A stretch of 64,000 nucleotides of DNA. Origin: Gnetum montanum. Its lineage: Eukaryota; Plantae; Gnetophyta. Location of the stretch: the NCBI GenBank assembly GCA_015680685.1, contig MNCI01001941.1:1308-65307 (forward strand), given 5' to 3'. Position numbers and translations under genes: made by a program. Each line of letters begins with the position of its first letter. Position 1 is the stretch's first letter. Positions 13,636 to 26,960 of this stretch are shown piece by piece. A model generated the notes under the pieces. It saw nothing but the letters and a program-made list of their open reading frames with translations. It did not search any database and was not told where the DNA came from.

Positions 13636-13647
13636 GCTATGATACCA
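13636..13647 (-). promoter_or_regulatory. Primer-binding site, tRNA-iMet (one mismatch)
   Basis: Minus strand TGGTATCATAGC, 3 nt from the LTR end. Confidence 0.85.
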
Positions 13648-13650
13648 ATC

Positions 13651-14485
13651 TAATGAGAAACTTCCTTGGATTCTACAATCTAAGCTCTCTCAATTCAAAA
13701 AAACAAGTGAATTTGAACAAAAAAAAGGGTAAAAGCTTTATTTTTGTTCAAAAGGAGAATTTAGAGTACAAAGAAAGCACACACTCCCCAAGATAGAAAA
13801 TATATTCAATTTAATCCTCACATAACACTCAAATAAAGTAATCACACAAATACAAGGATGATGGCCAAGACAATTGGCCAATAATCTCTCTCTCTCTCTC
13901 AACTCAACTCCTAACCTCTCTCTATCTCTTTCTAGAATCTCTCTTAATCAAAATAAATGCATAAGGAATCTATTTATACTTTTTTCTCTATCTCTTCATC
14001 TTCTCTACCTCTCAAATTCATAATTTGAATTGTTAAAAATTTGAAAGTGAAACACCCCAACTAAAAGTTAGCAATTTTTAGATGAGATATCTTAGATTAA
14101 GGAAAGATGTCTTCCTGAATACTAAGACATCTTAGTGTTAATTAAGACATCTTGCTAAAGGCTAAGATATCTTGGGGCTGATTAAAATGTCTTTCATGAG
14201 ATGTCTTAATAGTAGCTAAGACATCTTAAGAAAAAAGGAGACATCTTGGTTCTATAAGAGGCATCTTGTCTCTAATGAAGAAGTCTCTCCTACCAAACAT
14301 ACAAAAAACCAAGATTCTTTCTATAAATTCCTAAGCATATGGGCACCTCCAAATCATTCTCACATAAGCTAAAACACCTTGGAATCATCACAAATAAGAC
14401 CTATATAAGAAACACACACAAACACACTACAAGACATACACAAATACATTGAGGATTACACATGGATTAGGTAATGTCCTCATCA
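13651..14485 (-). repeat. 5' LTR of CRM-like element
   Basis: Homologous to 2493-3074; ends cctcatca; followed by the TSD. Confidence 0.85.
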
Positions 14486-14490
14486 CTGTG

Positions 14491-14864
14491 ACTAATAAAT
14501 AAATGAAGAACATAATAAGGGTTTGGAACATTCACTGCTTCTCCTTTGGAAGAAAAATCATCAGCTCCATATCTTTCTCATTTTTTTGCTCTACTACTAT
14601 TATAGTTTTCTTTGACCACATCTTCCTTGACTTGTCTCATGACATGTTTCCACATACCATCTTGTTTTGATTTATACTTTATAATTATAGATTTTCATCC
14701 TTTTCCTTTTACTTTATCTTCACTACCTACACAATGATGCATCAACATTAGTAGGTGATGTCGGTATAAGCTATGTTACCTCTAGGAGGGACCCAACATC
14801 TTAAATTCTTCATTATTTTCCTTTATCTTGGCCCCACACCAACTTGAACCTTGGTCCTTGCCAT
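14491..14864 (-). pseudogene. 5' part of a decayed antisense ORF upstream of element D's RT (starts MARTK)
   Basis: ATG at 14864 reads MARTKVQVGVGPR*RKIMKNLRCWVPPR, followed by purine-rich coding-like sequence. Same position and orientation as the antisense genes of B and C. Confidence 0.35.
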
Positions 14865-15189
14865 TTTTTCTAGATACTAATAAACTTTTAAAATACCTTA
14901 AATTATAAAAATTATAAAAATTTAAAATTTAGATATCCAAAAACTAATTGGAAATTAAAATATCCAAATCCATAAAAAACATAAAATCTAAAAAGCTCAA
15001 AAATATATAAAAATTTGAAAAATTTAAACTCATAAAAATGTTTAGTTATTATTTTTATTTCACCTTTACCATTGTCTCATCTCTCTACCCTATATTATAT
15101 TTTCTCTTTATCTCCATATATGATAGCCTAACTTTATCTTGTTTCCCTTGCTTAATTCATCATCTTATGACCAATATTTCCTTTTACTT

Positions 15190-18100
15190 AGAGGTTGCTA
15201 TGGCCTCCATGGTACTTACCCAACTTTGCATGTTCCTTATCCTTAACAAGCCTAGCAGCCAAATCATTAAGATCCTAAATGAAGACCTCATTAATCTATC
15301 TTTCTCATCTTCATCCTTTGAAATCTCATCATCTTCCTGGACCTTGCTAAAGAGGATCACATCTCAACTTCTGGGATAGGGAGTTGTCCTCACCAATAAT
15401 CTTTTCATTGAGCTCTCTATAGCTAATCACAAATACATCAAGAAGATTCTTCAATTCGGGGAAAACATACCTATTAATCTTAAAAATGTTATCCTAGACG
15501 TCCTTTAGAAGAACTACATAGTATTTTCCTAGGGATATGATAATGTGATAGGTTTACATTCCTCCTTAGTTCAATACAATATCATCCTAAAGGGAGACAC
15601 CATACTAATTAAGAAAAAGGATCAAAAGATCAAAATATACTTAGCCCTCAATAAGGATGAGATTACAAACTTCATCTACTCAATAATTTACGTGGAATAT
15701 ATCTCTAACATGGTAGTAGTTCCTAAGAAGAATGGAGTCATTAGAATATGTAAATACGTTCATGATCTCATTAATGTGACAATTAAGAATTCCTTGCTAA
15801 CTTTCATGGATGGCTTTTCAAGCTACAACTAGATCCAAATTAACTCAAAATATCAATGATATATCATCTTCATGATCCCTTGGAAAACATTTTAAATAAG
15901 GATGTCATCAAGCTTTAGAATAATGGGGTCACACACCAATGGATCATGACTTACATCTTCCATAACATGATGTTCAAATTCATCAATGACTATGTAGACG
16001 ACATCACTACTAAATCAATCATAGTACCTCATCATCCCAAGAATCTAGATGTCATCTTAGCTAGTTGTAATATGTATACTCTCTACTTGAATTCCAAGAA
16101 GTGTCTCTTTATAGTAGAAATTGGTAAGATGCTAGGATTCCTCATCTTATCCAATGTGATCATTGTAAACCTAGATTAGATTAAGACCATCTTAAATATT
16201 CCTCTACCTATGTGCCTTAAGGACATGTGCACCTTATAAGGTTTTCTACAATTCATTTTTCATTTCATATGTAATCTTATTAACAAATTTCATGTGTTAT
16301 CGCATCTTCTTAAGAATTATACTCCCTTCAACTAGAACTCAAAGTACAAGAAAGCTTTTAATGTAATTAAGCATGTACTAATAAATTTTCTAGTGCTTCA
16401 TCCACCACAATTTAAGCTCTCATTTTATCTTTACTTATCTAAATCTAATCATTCTATTGTAGCCATGATTTACCAATAGCACAAATATGTCATGGACCTT
16501 CTAGTCTATTACATCTCTCATCTCTTTTTTGACTATTAAACATGTTACACAGATATAGAGAAGTCCTTTCTATACTTATTATTTACTCCAAAGAACTAGA
16601 AATACTATTTGATAGGGATAGGAATCTTTGTTATTTATCATGATAATGTTTGGTACATTATCACTACCAAACCTTATGATAACAATTACATGTCCAAATG
16701 GAAAATGCATTTAATGGAATTTAATCTTCTATGCCTTTTGTAATACTTTAAGGGTAAATCCATCACGGACCTTCTCACATCCACTCCTATATCAAAATCA
16801 TCTAGTATGATTTTGCAGATACATGCTAATCAATCTAGCATTACTAAATGTAAGAAATATTCTACCAAATATTTAGTACCTAATGACATTAATGATTATT
16901 TTACTTTCATGAATCTCATATAGCTTAAGGCTCTAGTATCACTTGCATTCTAAACTAGAAGGTAAAGAAGCTAAATATTAAATGTTCAATTTTATCTTCT
17001 CGTATATGAATAATGTAGTGGAATACACAAGTCTCATCTAAGGCTTACTCAATGTCCTTCAACTTAGTGTAAAAAGAGTTTTGGTTCATGGGAACTTTTA
17101 GTTAGTAATTTGGCAAATAAAAAACAAGTACATTTATAAGGATAAGCACCTCTAGCCTTACCTAGAACTATTTAAGAACTTTGTTTTACAATTTGATGAA
17201 TGTGTCTTAACACATATCAAGTATTTCAAGAACATGCTCATAGATGCGTTAGCAACTTTTATACTTATGATTGATCTAGTCTTCCACAAAGATTGGTTAT
17301 TCCACTCAACTTAAGATGTACTGATCACTCATAGAAATGCTCAATGAGATAGCTTCATTAACTTGAAATAATAAAAATAGTGTTGTAACATCATTTGATA
17401 CCTTCAAATAAGAAAAACTCCTGAGAACTTATCTACCTCTCAAAAGCAACCTCTTCACAAATGCTTAAAATATTCTTGCATCATAGATCTTGATATTCTT
17501 TGTCATTTCCTCGCATATATTATCCTACTACTTTGTCTAAGTTATGAGAAAGCCCAAATGATCTTAGAATAGATATATTTACATATGTGTCATGGACATC
17601 TAAAATCTCAATCTCTTGCATCTCACATTATCTCATTAGGATATTTGTGGCCTACCATGTTTAGAGATGTTCATAAAATAGTTAAAATATATGGCATGTG
17701 TCAAATGCATGCATCCCTTATTTATTTTCCATCCCAAAAGATTTGTACATCAAAGATAATATGACATCAAAAAATAAGAATTGAACCTCATAAGATCCAT
17801 CAACCCTTCTTCTTTTATAAGTTACCAATTAATCTTAACTACTAATTTGTATTTTACTAAATAGTTGAGTCTATTTTCCATAAATCAACTACTTTCAAAC
17901 TTATTGTTCATTTTATCTTAGATAATATGATCACTTATTTTAGCATCCCACTCCATATTATCACCAACAATAGACTTTAGTTCAAGAGTAAAGAAATTGT
18001 CAAATTCTTCAATTAATATCAAATCATCAAAGCCTTTTCTTTATCTTATTATCCACAATCCAATGGTTAAGTTGAGTCAACCAAGAAATCCCTTATCTAA

Positions 18101-19580
18101 TTGCTCAAAACCAAGGTTGAGCAATCCTAAAATAACTATCATATTCAACTAGCTAATTTCCTATGGGTTTATCAAACCACCTTTCATAATGTCATTGTAA
18201 AAATTCCTTTCCTACTCACCTATGAGTTTGAGATCATGCTACCAATTAAACTAGACATGCCTTCTCTATGGACAGCCTTGAACAATTGAATCTTTTATGA
18301 GAAAAATGAAAAGTTTGAAACAGGTTCACTCCAATAGAAAATAACCTTCAACCCCACTAAATCTAGATAATATGAGAGATAATTCAATATTCTAGAAATC
18401 AAGAAAACTAGTTATCTTTAATTATTGCATAGAAGATTACAAAGAGTTTAACAATCCCCAAAACATCCACAACCTCTCAAAAATTACTCAAATAATGCTA
18501 TAAAGCATGAGGCTCTCCAAGCACATAATAGTTGTTCTCATTGCAAGACACAATCGATAGAGAATATTTTCCACAACCCAAGAATGAGATCTCAATACAC
18601 ACACAAGACACAAGAACACATAGGTCAATACAACACACAATAGACCTTGGAGCTACAACTACATATGCACTTATTCAATGTGCTCTCGTATATTCTTACC
18701 ACACATCAACTCACCTCTCATGAGCTCTCTCCATGACATATCATTAAGAATTATATTAATATTTATTGAAAAAGAGAAGATAAGAAATATAGAAACCTTT
18801 CCCCACCTTAACTTGATAACATTAGGCTACTTCCATATTTTTCTTCATCATTTTGACTACTTTCAAAATTGTAACAGGAAATTTCGAAAGTTTTCCTACT
18901 CTTTTGAATCATCTCTAATCTCCCTGGGTCATCTCACTATTAACGTTTTTGGTAAATGGAACATTTCACATATTCCCAAGAAATCTCCACTATAGCTAAG
19001 ATGTCTCAAGAAGACCTAGGACATCTCAATAGAGATATCTCATCATTTTTTAGACATCTTACTTTCCTTTGAGACATCTCACATGAGATGACTATTTCTT
19101 AGCCAAGACATATCTCTTAAACCTAGAACATCTCATGCAGGCTCAACTCTTAGCCAAGTCATCTCTTGACTTCCAAGACATCTCTCTAGAGCCCAAAAAC
19201 CACTATAGGACAAAACACAATGGAATCTAAAGAGGCATCCCTACACCACAATTACAATGTGTTGAGCTAAACATACTCGAGAAAAATTGAAGACTCATAA
19301 TAATTAATCTTAAGAAACATCAAGAGGTGTAACATCATCATGATAAGCATGTCTAATTCAGGGACATCAAAGAAGATGACCTTATTTTATGATATTTCCC
19401 TAATGTCAAAACCATGAAATTCTCTTTTAATTAGTTAGGTTCCTTTGTTTCTGATAAAAGCCAATAAAAATTAACATTTAGATTGTTGAATCATGCTTAG
19501 ATCAAGAAGTAATTCATCTCACTACATCTTATTAAACAGAAAGATATATATATATATTAATCATCAAGCTTACTATATAA
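15190..19580 (+). pseudogene. pol: Element D: highly decayed Ogre/Tat-like RT-RH-aRH-integrase
   Basis: MIGLHSSLVQYNII; ISNMVVVPKKNGVIRIC; FMDGFSSYN; INDYVDDI; aRH NNVVEY; HHCC (CHGHL..GYLWPTMFRD..GMCQMHA); YPQSNG; IKEDDLIL. Preceded by an AT-rich spacer and acceptor-like ttttacttag. Confidence 0.85.
18300..19245 (-). mobile_element. Solo or truncated LTR-like insertion in element D's integrase
   Basis: The integrase frame stops near 18295 and resumes near 19246. The insert ends ...ctaca and carries AGACATCT-type repeats. No TSD resolved. Confidence 0.55.
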
Positions 19581-20444
19581 TTTTCTTTCCTTTATCTTTA
19601 TATCTTATTACCTTATTTGCTTCCCTCTTTATTCTACTATTCTTTTTTCTCCCTCTCTATTCTATATTATCATTCTTCCTTATTTTTCTTTTCATCTTTA
19701 CATGAATTTTCTTTCTTCTTCTGTTCTCCATCTATCTCATTATCTTCATTATTATTCTCTAACATATCATTTGGTGAGGAATGCTCATAAGAAATCTACT
19801 TCATATAGTAAGCCCTAAGCATTTTGTAGTTTTACTCCATGTGAGGATGTGTTGATTTTTATTAGGATAGAGAAGCATAATTATTAACATCATAATCAAT
19901 ATCAAAAGATTATGGGATTTAGTCATCCCCTAGTTCTATGGCATAGCACCTAAACTTGGTGTATAGGTGATGTTTCATATTTTTTCCCTATTTTATTTAT
20001 TTTTTATTTTTAAAAATCTATCATACCCTTTCCCCTCATTCATAATTCTCACTTCTTCCTCTAACTCTCATTTCCATCTCTATTCCCTACATCATTATAC
20101 TATCAATGAGGATTGCGTGAAATTGCTATTTTTCAAAGAGGATGTGATTAAGTAGGAGTAATATAGAAAAAGAAACATCATAAATGACATTTTTTTAGTT
20201 ATCTTGTATGTAAGACTTAGTCATACCCTACTTCTGTGATATAGCACCATCATGATAACTAGTGTATAAATGATGTTCTAATTTTCTCTTTGTATCTTAC
20301 TTCTTTGTTCTTTCCTTTTACAAATATAAATCAAACATCATCATTTTACAAATCTTCTCCTTCATATCTTTAGCAATATCCATCAAGAAGAGCTAATCTT
20401 GTACCTACTTTTTTGCCTCATTATCAATTTTGACAAGGCATGGA

Positions 20445-22516
20445 TGTAGCATTGTGTAGGCATCTTTGACATCAAATCATCATGTCTTATAAAACCTTTA
20501 ACCATAGTTTTTAATCTCTTTGAGGCCTCTAAATATGCCTTAGCTAGTCAAAGAAGAACTCTTACATTTGATGATAGTTTTATCAGGTGTTTTAAAGGTC
20601 ATTTAGAGTGTCCCTAGCTAGGTGATGCTAATGCTAATGTTAGCATCAATGTCAATGTCAACATTTGGGACTTATTAAATTAACTTATCCTAGTTTAATT
20701 TTAGCATTAGCAATATCTCATAGTTGAGTATTAAAGATTTTACTAATGATTAGCATTAGACTAAGCATCACTAGGAGCATAAATAGGAAAAATGAAAGTT
20801 ATAAAATATAGGCGACATAGGTGTTGATGCTAGAATCAATGTTAACCTCACCACCAAGTGATGTTAGCATTAACATCACTTAGCCATCATCTAACCCTTT
20901 TGAAATTTTTAAGTGAAACTAGAATATGAAATGGTTAATTTTCCTGTTCCATTTCAAAAAAAATTGGAAGTTTTGAATAATAAATATCTTACGTTTCCAC
21001 TCATACTAGACATTTCGGCAATCTTACATTCCTTACATTTTAAGAACACCTTGGAGAGAGCATAGCATTACCAACATCACCTCTAGCATATTGGCCTTCA
21101 CCTTAGCATCTTAACACTATTCTAGGCCCATTACAACATCCATTTCAAATCTCATTAGCAACACTTGATATCTTGCTAATGCCAATGTTACCTTTCCTAT
21201 AGCCAATATCATCAATGTCATCTATTGATGTCACCCATGTAGTGACCTTGAAACAAAAAATTTTGACCCCTAAATTAATATTAGATCATAGCAACAACAC
21301 TTTTGGCCCAACCTATCAACTGTAAGACCTAAGCACTTATTGTTCTAACATCATTTGGCCTTCATTTTAAGGATTTAATTTTTGTTTCATTCCTATTCCC
21401 AACACTTTTCATTTGTAGTTTTCTACTTAAACCAATATTCTCTTATGTTAAATACTAGCTAGCCTAATTAGGATTTTTCCTACTTCTACTTTAATCCTTT
21501 AAGTAGGATTTATTATAAGATGCTATAATCATTTAAATTTTATTAATTCATTTATTTTTAAAAAGAGGATGCAAAGCCTTCCCCCTCAACCCTCTCTCAC
21601 TCTCTCCATATCATATCTCTCCATGGCTTCAAATTATACACTATATCATATGTATTGTTGCCTTAAATGCATCAATGTTTTATCAAGTTATATTATTTTC
21701 TCATTCCATCACACACTTAGTTCTATATTTTTCTTGCTATTTCTTGATCATGGCTAGTAGGCTAAGTCCACATTTAATTAAAAAATTGTACTCCTTCATG
21801 TCATTATCATTGGCATATTGAAGGCTACATTGCTTGGAAGATTATTTGTGGATGTAAATTAGGCACTAGTTTTTTTAGTTCATGGAGGTGTTCTAACAAA
21901 GTCGTTTGAAATAATTTTACAAGAACAGGTATGTTGATAATCTTAATCATGTTTTACACAAAAGATCTATCATAAACATAATAAGATAAACTATGTTCTA
22001 ATCTTTACAATGCCTTATAATCTCATGTCATATGACTAGTATATATGATTATAAAGGTTCTAGTAATAATAGTTGAGTATGTGTGGAAATATAGATTGGA
22101 CCAACATTCAATTTTCTAGGTGCTCGTAGATACCTTGTAATAAGTAGTGGGTATTTTATATGCCAAAAAAATGAGTCAATAGCATATACACATACTCTAG
22201 TTGAATTCCCTAGACTATGGTTTACTTAAGTGGCCAATATCATTAAATAGTAAAAGATGTGATTCGCTAATCATTCTCTTTCCAACCCATACTAGTGTTA
22301 ATTAGTGAGTATGGTTGAGTGTGATTGATGTGTAAGATATTCATTTTTATAATTTTTATTATGTTTTGTATTTTCTAAATGATTAAATAAATTAATATTT
22401 AATGTTTAAATTAACTCCATAATTAACTAACAAGCCTAAACATGGAGCATCTATTCCTACTTTCGATATACATCTTGAATGTATATTAATGTTGTTGTCT
22501 TACCAAGTATCCACTC
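20445..22516 (+). mobile_element. Decayed LTR-like sequence (possible 3' LTR of D plus a second LTR fragment from ~21238)
   Basis: TGTAG starts at 20445 and 21238; decayed GATGCTA/TAGCATC palindromes; TATA-like and CT-rich tracts. Boundaries uncertain. Confidence 0.35.
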
Positions 22517-23971
22517 TGAATCACCACCAAATTCACATGTTGTAACCTTTGTAACCCCATCCCATAAAACCTAAGGAAAAACTTCTTTGTAAATGTGAAA
22601 ATTATAATCCATGAGATGCAATCTCATATACTTTATACTTTTGGAACTGAAAAATGCCTCATAAGTGGTCCAAGCCTCATCCCCCAAGTGAAAAAAATAA
22701 TATGATGTCTATATTTGGGATTTTGGAGTTTAAAAATTCCTTTTGGGATGCCAAAATTAGAATTTCAATGGGTTTTATGGTAGGTTATAGCATTTTCTAT
22801 GCTATAACATGGAGGGGTGTGATGGCATCTATGCCTAGTGTGAAGGGGTGTGATAGCATCTATGCTCAGCATAGAGTGCTCTAGCATCACCCATGGCCAA
22901 CGTGGGTAGTATAGCCCTTACCCCCCAACATTAGCACATCAACCTCCTAGAATTGATACATCATCCCCCCTAGCATTGATTCAACATGGCCAAGATCTCA
23001 ACACATCACCAACTCCAATGAGGATCTTGCATGTTAACGTTGTAGTTGGAAGGCCCAACATGGATGGACAAAGCCAGCATGAATAAAATTTCCATTTACT
23101 ATTTTTAGTAAATAGAATGGCCATGGGGGTATGGCACTTACCATATATAGTAACCCCCCTTGATTTGAACACCCACCTCACCTATGCATAGCAAAAATTT
23201 GTAGCCAATTTATCAACAATTTGCAACCAAGATTGCAACTAAATTAGTGGCCCAAAACCTATAAAACCTAGGCACAAACACCATTTATAAGTTCCATAAT
23301 TTTTTCGTTTTTCACAATTTGGCACTCTAAATGCTTGAGAGCCCTTGCAACCTTGCAAAAACACAACTTCTCAAACCCCCCACCATGGAACCCCCATAGC
23401 CTATTATCCCCCTTGAGATCTATGAGAGCCTTTAGCATCCACTCTAAGCTTCAGGGACCACAAATCCCAACATTGCTCACTTTGGTAGCCTCAGTCCCTC
23501 ACACCTCTCATCCCCTTACATAAAAAATGTAGTAGATCTGATGTGGTAGTAGTGAAGGTTCAAATGCATCAAGACTGGCAGGACTTGTGGATTGTGGAGT
23601 TGATCATAGTGACTTTACTGGACCCTGAACCCCCATAGAAGTGAACCTCCCTCTTGCTACAACAAGCCATCTTGTATACATTTTTTCTACTTCCTTTATT
23701 TCTTTGAAATAAAGTTTGTAGTTCCATTTGTGTACAATTTTCATTCATCAACTTTATTTTGGTGCAATTTACATTTAGATCTGTATTTCACATCTGCATT
23801 TTTTTTATCCCATTTTTCATCTTGTAAGTCCCTAGGTGATCTACTAGACTGTACACAACACCATAAATCTTTTTTTTTTTTTTTTTGCAGAGGCCTTGGA
23901 TATTTGAGGTTAAAAATTACATCACCAGGAATTCTTGGTCCCTCCAACAACCAAGATTTTCAATCACATTA
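22517..23971 (+). repeat. 5' LTR of element A
   Basis: Starts TGAATCACC; reverse-complement homologue of 25690-26960; its 3' end is homologous to the end of element C's LTR. Confidence 0.8.
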
Positions 23972-23978
23972 GTTTTTC

Positions 23979-23995
23979 TAGTGCTAGAAGGAGGG
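23979..23995 (+). promoter_or_regulatory. Primer-binding site, tRNA-Asn (decayed)
   Basis: TAGTGCTAGAAGGAGGG, a decayed TGGCGCTAGAAGGAGGG, complementary to the plant tRNA-Asn 3' end CCCTCCTTCTAGCGCCA. Confidence 0.8.
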
Positions 23996-25471
23996 CCTCT
24001 GTCCAATTTCTACATTAAAATCTATTTGCCCCATTGCCAACATTGCTTTTTTTTCAAAAGCTTTAACTTTTACAACAAAAACCTTTAAAATATTCATAGC
24101 AACAAACACTATCATTCATATCCTTGCAACAAAAGTCTGAACGTGGAAGTTGAAGGTGTTTGGTTTTTAGATTTTCACAACACCTGCTATGAATTTCATG
24201 TCCAAATCCAGTGTTAACACCATACCCCTCTTGCTACCAAAATTTTCTCAGTAAAGACCAAAACTGGTGGATTTACCATCCAAATCCCCATCCCCTTTCT
24301 CCTTTCTATGAAAATTAGTAGCTTGCCAAAGCCATCTTTTTGTGGGAAGTCAAAGTTTTCACCTTGGTTTCCAACCCATCTCTCCATCACAACATTGAAT
24401 AGAAAGGTGTAAGACCTTCCATCTTACCCTCCCTTTCTCTCCCTCTACTACACCTAGCATAGGTGCAGCTAGGAAGCCTAGAGTGGGTGGAGTTTGATAC
24501 CACTTTCCAAAAATGTAAACCCCTTCCCACTAACATTGCTAAGAAAGGTGTGAAATCTTTCCATCTTACCCACTTTCCTCCCCCTTTTCTCTCCTAGAAT
24601 TAGTGTAGTTGCTAGCTCAGTGTGGTTGGCATTTGATACCCATTGTTTATCATTTTTAATAAAGGAATATATCCCTCTTTGAGATCCACTTACTATTTAT
24701 AATAGGTAATTTTTTTTTCACTTGTTTTTGCCCTTTTTAGCTATTTATAAATTCTTCTTACTAAAATTTACACTCTTTTCAATCTTTTATAACTCATTTT
24801 AGCCATTTTTAGTACTTTTTTCACCATGTCATTTGCAAAATCAACCATCTTACTATTTAACTTTACTCATAATGTGTCTAACCAACAAGTCATGAGGTTT
24901 TATGACTCCAAAGATCCTACCGTAGCTGAGTGTAGGCAATCCTTACAACTTAGGGGTCAAAGTCCTAGATTCTTGGTGATAAATGAAGATCACTACAACT
25001 ACATTTATGCCAAAATCTAGCCTGGCATACTGATTCCATGTATGAAAATGGAGACATAAAGGTAGTAGGAGCTCATACACCGAGATGAGAAGGAGTATAT
25101 TCCTTCCCTGAATGATCAAATATCCCTTACTGACACCTATGCCAACATCTTATCTTAGTTAATTGAGATGAATGAAAAGGATGAAAAGGTTAGCTTGAAT
25201 GAGCACCAACAAAAAAAGGTTGACAAGTTTAGGGTAGAATCTAAACATGAAAACATCCTAGATGGGTTTTTTCAACAAGAAACCCCCAATGTCATAGTGC
25301 CTACCTCCACTCCCTTTGTCTCCTCTATGGAAAAAATGCCACCATCCTCTACCCCCTCTTACCCAACCATGTTCAAGCCCACGCTAATCATAGTTGTGCA
25401 CCAAACACAATCAATGTCATAGTCTACCACATTCCAATTTTACATGTCATTTGCCACCCAACCTAGGTCAA

Positions 25472-26960
25472 TGTGATAGTCATTGATTGTGGTCACAACC
25501 ACCAACCCTCTAATCACTCTATTAGGATCCACCATGGAATCCTAAGAAACCCAGGGGTCACACATCCCATTCATTCCATGTGTGCCACAAATATTCACAT
25601 AAAAGTCATTCTCTTTGTTTGGTCCACTGACCACCACAATAGCATAACCTCTCCCCTTCGTACCACAACTAATAGCAAGGCCACATAAACAAATATAAAA
25701 TGCACATAAAATAAACTATAAAATTTATTAATTAAATAAAGAATGAGTTTAGAGATTTTCACAAAAGTTCTTATAGGATACCAAAAAGGAGATTCACTTG
25801 GGTGGGGATTCCAAGTCCGTTGAAGAAGATAGAATCTACTCCACAATCCAAATGCTCAATCACTTCCTATGTTTTCAAACCTCCTCTACTACTATTCAAG
25901 ATCTAAAAATTTGGTTACTATTAGGGTTGAGAAATGTGAAGGATTAGCATAACTAAGATGCTCCATGCTGAGATTTGGGGATCCCAGGGGGTAACGTTGA
26001 TACTCTAGGTGCATAAATCCCAAGGGGGGTAACAAGGGTAACAAGGCTATAATGGTTCTACATTGGCAGGCCCTAAGAAGCTGCATTTATACTAGGAAAT
26101 AAGAGCTCTTGGCTACCAAAAATGTAAAAATGCCAAGTGTATGCAACTACCAAGAGTTTGGGACCTTAAAATGGAGTGAGGATTTGGTTTATATAGATCT
26201 TTGGTAATGATTTGGTCTACAAATTTGCTACAAATGGCTAATAAATTGGGCTACAAATTGGCTGCAAATTTCTATCATGTTCAGGGGGGTTGGTGCCCAA
26301 AATTTGGAAGTTACCATATATGAAAAGTATCATACCCCCATGGCCATTAGATTTACCAAAAATAGTAATAGGGGTGCACCTTCTATGTTGGATTCACTCC
26401 TTCCATGTTAGCTTTGCAGAGTCCTTGCTAGAGTTGATGTCAAAATCTTGGCCATGTTGCTTCCACACTGGGGAGGAGGTGTCAACATTGAGGGGATGAA
26501 AGATCAACACTAGGGGTGAAGATCAAATTCCTCCAAGCTAAGTTACTTCCCTTCTACACTAGGAGTAGGTGAGATCCACCCCCTTGTGCCTCTTCATGTT
26601 GGTTGACTCCTCCATGCTAGGGGTAGGTAAGATTTACCTCACTCTAGGTTAAGTTACCCCTTACATGAGTTTCCCAACGTAGAAAAGTGTATACACCCCC
26701 ATAAAACCCATAAAATTTTCCTTTTGGCATCCCAAAAGGCATTTTGACCTCCCCAAGCCAAAATATAGATACTAGATGACAATTTTTACTTGGGGAAGGA
26801 GGATTCAATCACTTATGAGGCATTTTTCAGCCTCAAAAGTATGAAATATGTGAGATTACCTCTTATGGATTACAATTTTTACATTTACAATGAACTTTTA
26901 CCTTGGATTTTATGGGATGGAATTACAATGGTTATAACATGAAAATTTGGTGATGTTTCA
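25472..26960 (-). repeat. 3' LTR of element B (left boundary approximate)
   Basis: Minus strand starts TGAAACATC after the PPT-like aaagaggcaccaa, the same junction as element C at 37386. Homologous to element A's LTR. Confidence 0.75.

Larger units (their letters stand above)
2493..14485 (-). mobile_element. Full-length decayed Ty3/gypsy chromovirus, CRM-like, with C-terminal chromodomain
   Basis: Paired LTRs with TGATG/CATCA-type ends. TSD ctatg (2488-2492) / ctgtg (14486-14490). PBS Met. CRM-type protease (HWLSK...CILSFKIGSFKDKVYCDII...FILGRPW), RT (CIVFFDDIL), RNase H (FEVEVNASELAIRGMLSQEG), integrase and chromodomain. Confidence 0.9.
22517..25471 (+). mobile_element. Element A: 5' end of an Ogre/Tat-like element (LTR, PBS, 5' UTR, gag start), cut by element B
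   Basis: LTR 22517-23971 and PBS Asn. Gag start (RFLVINEDHYNYIYAKI) is homologous to element C's gag start (RFLRIQ...YSFLYAKV). Confidence 0.75.
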
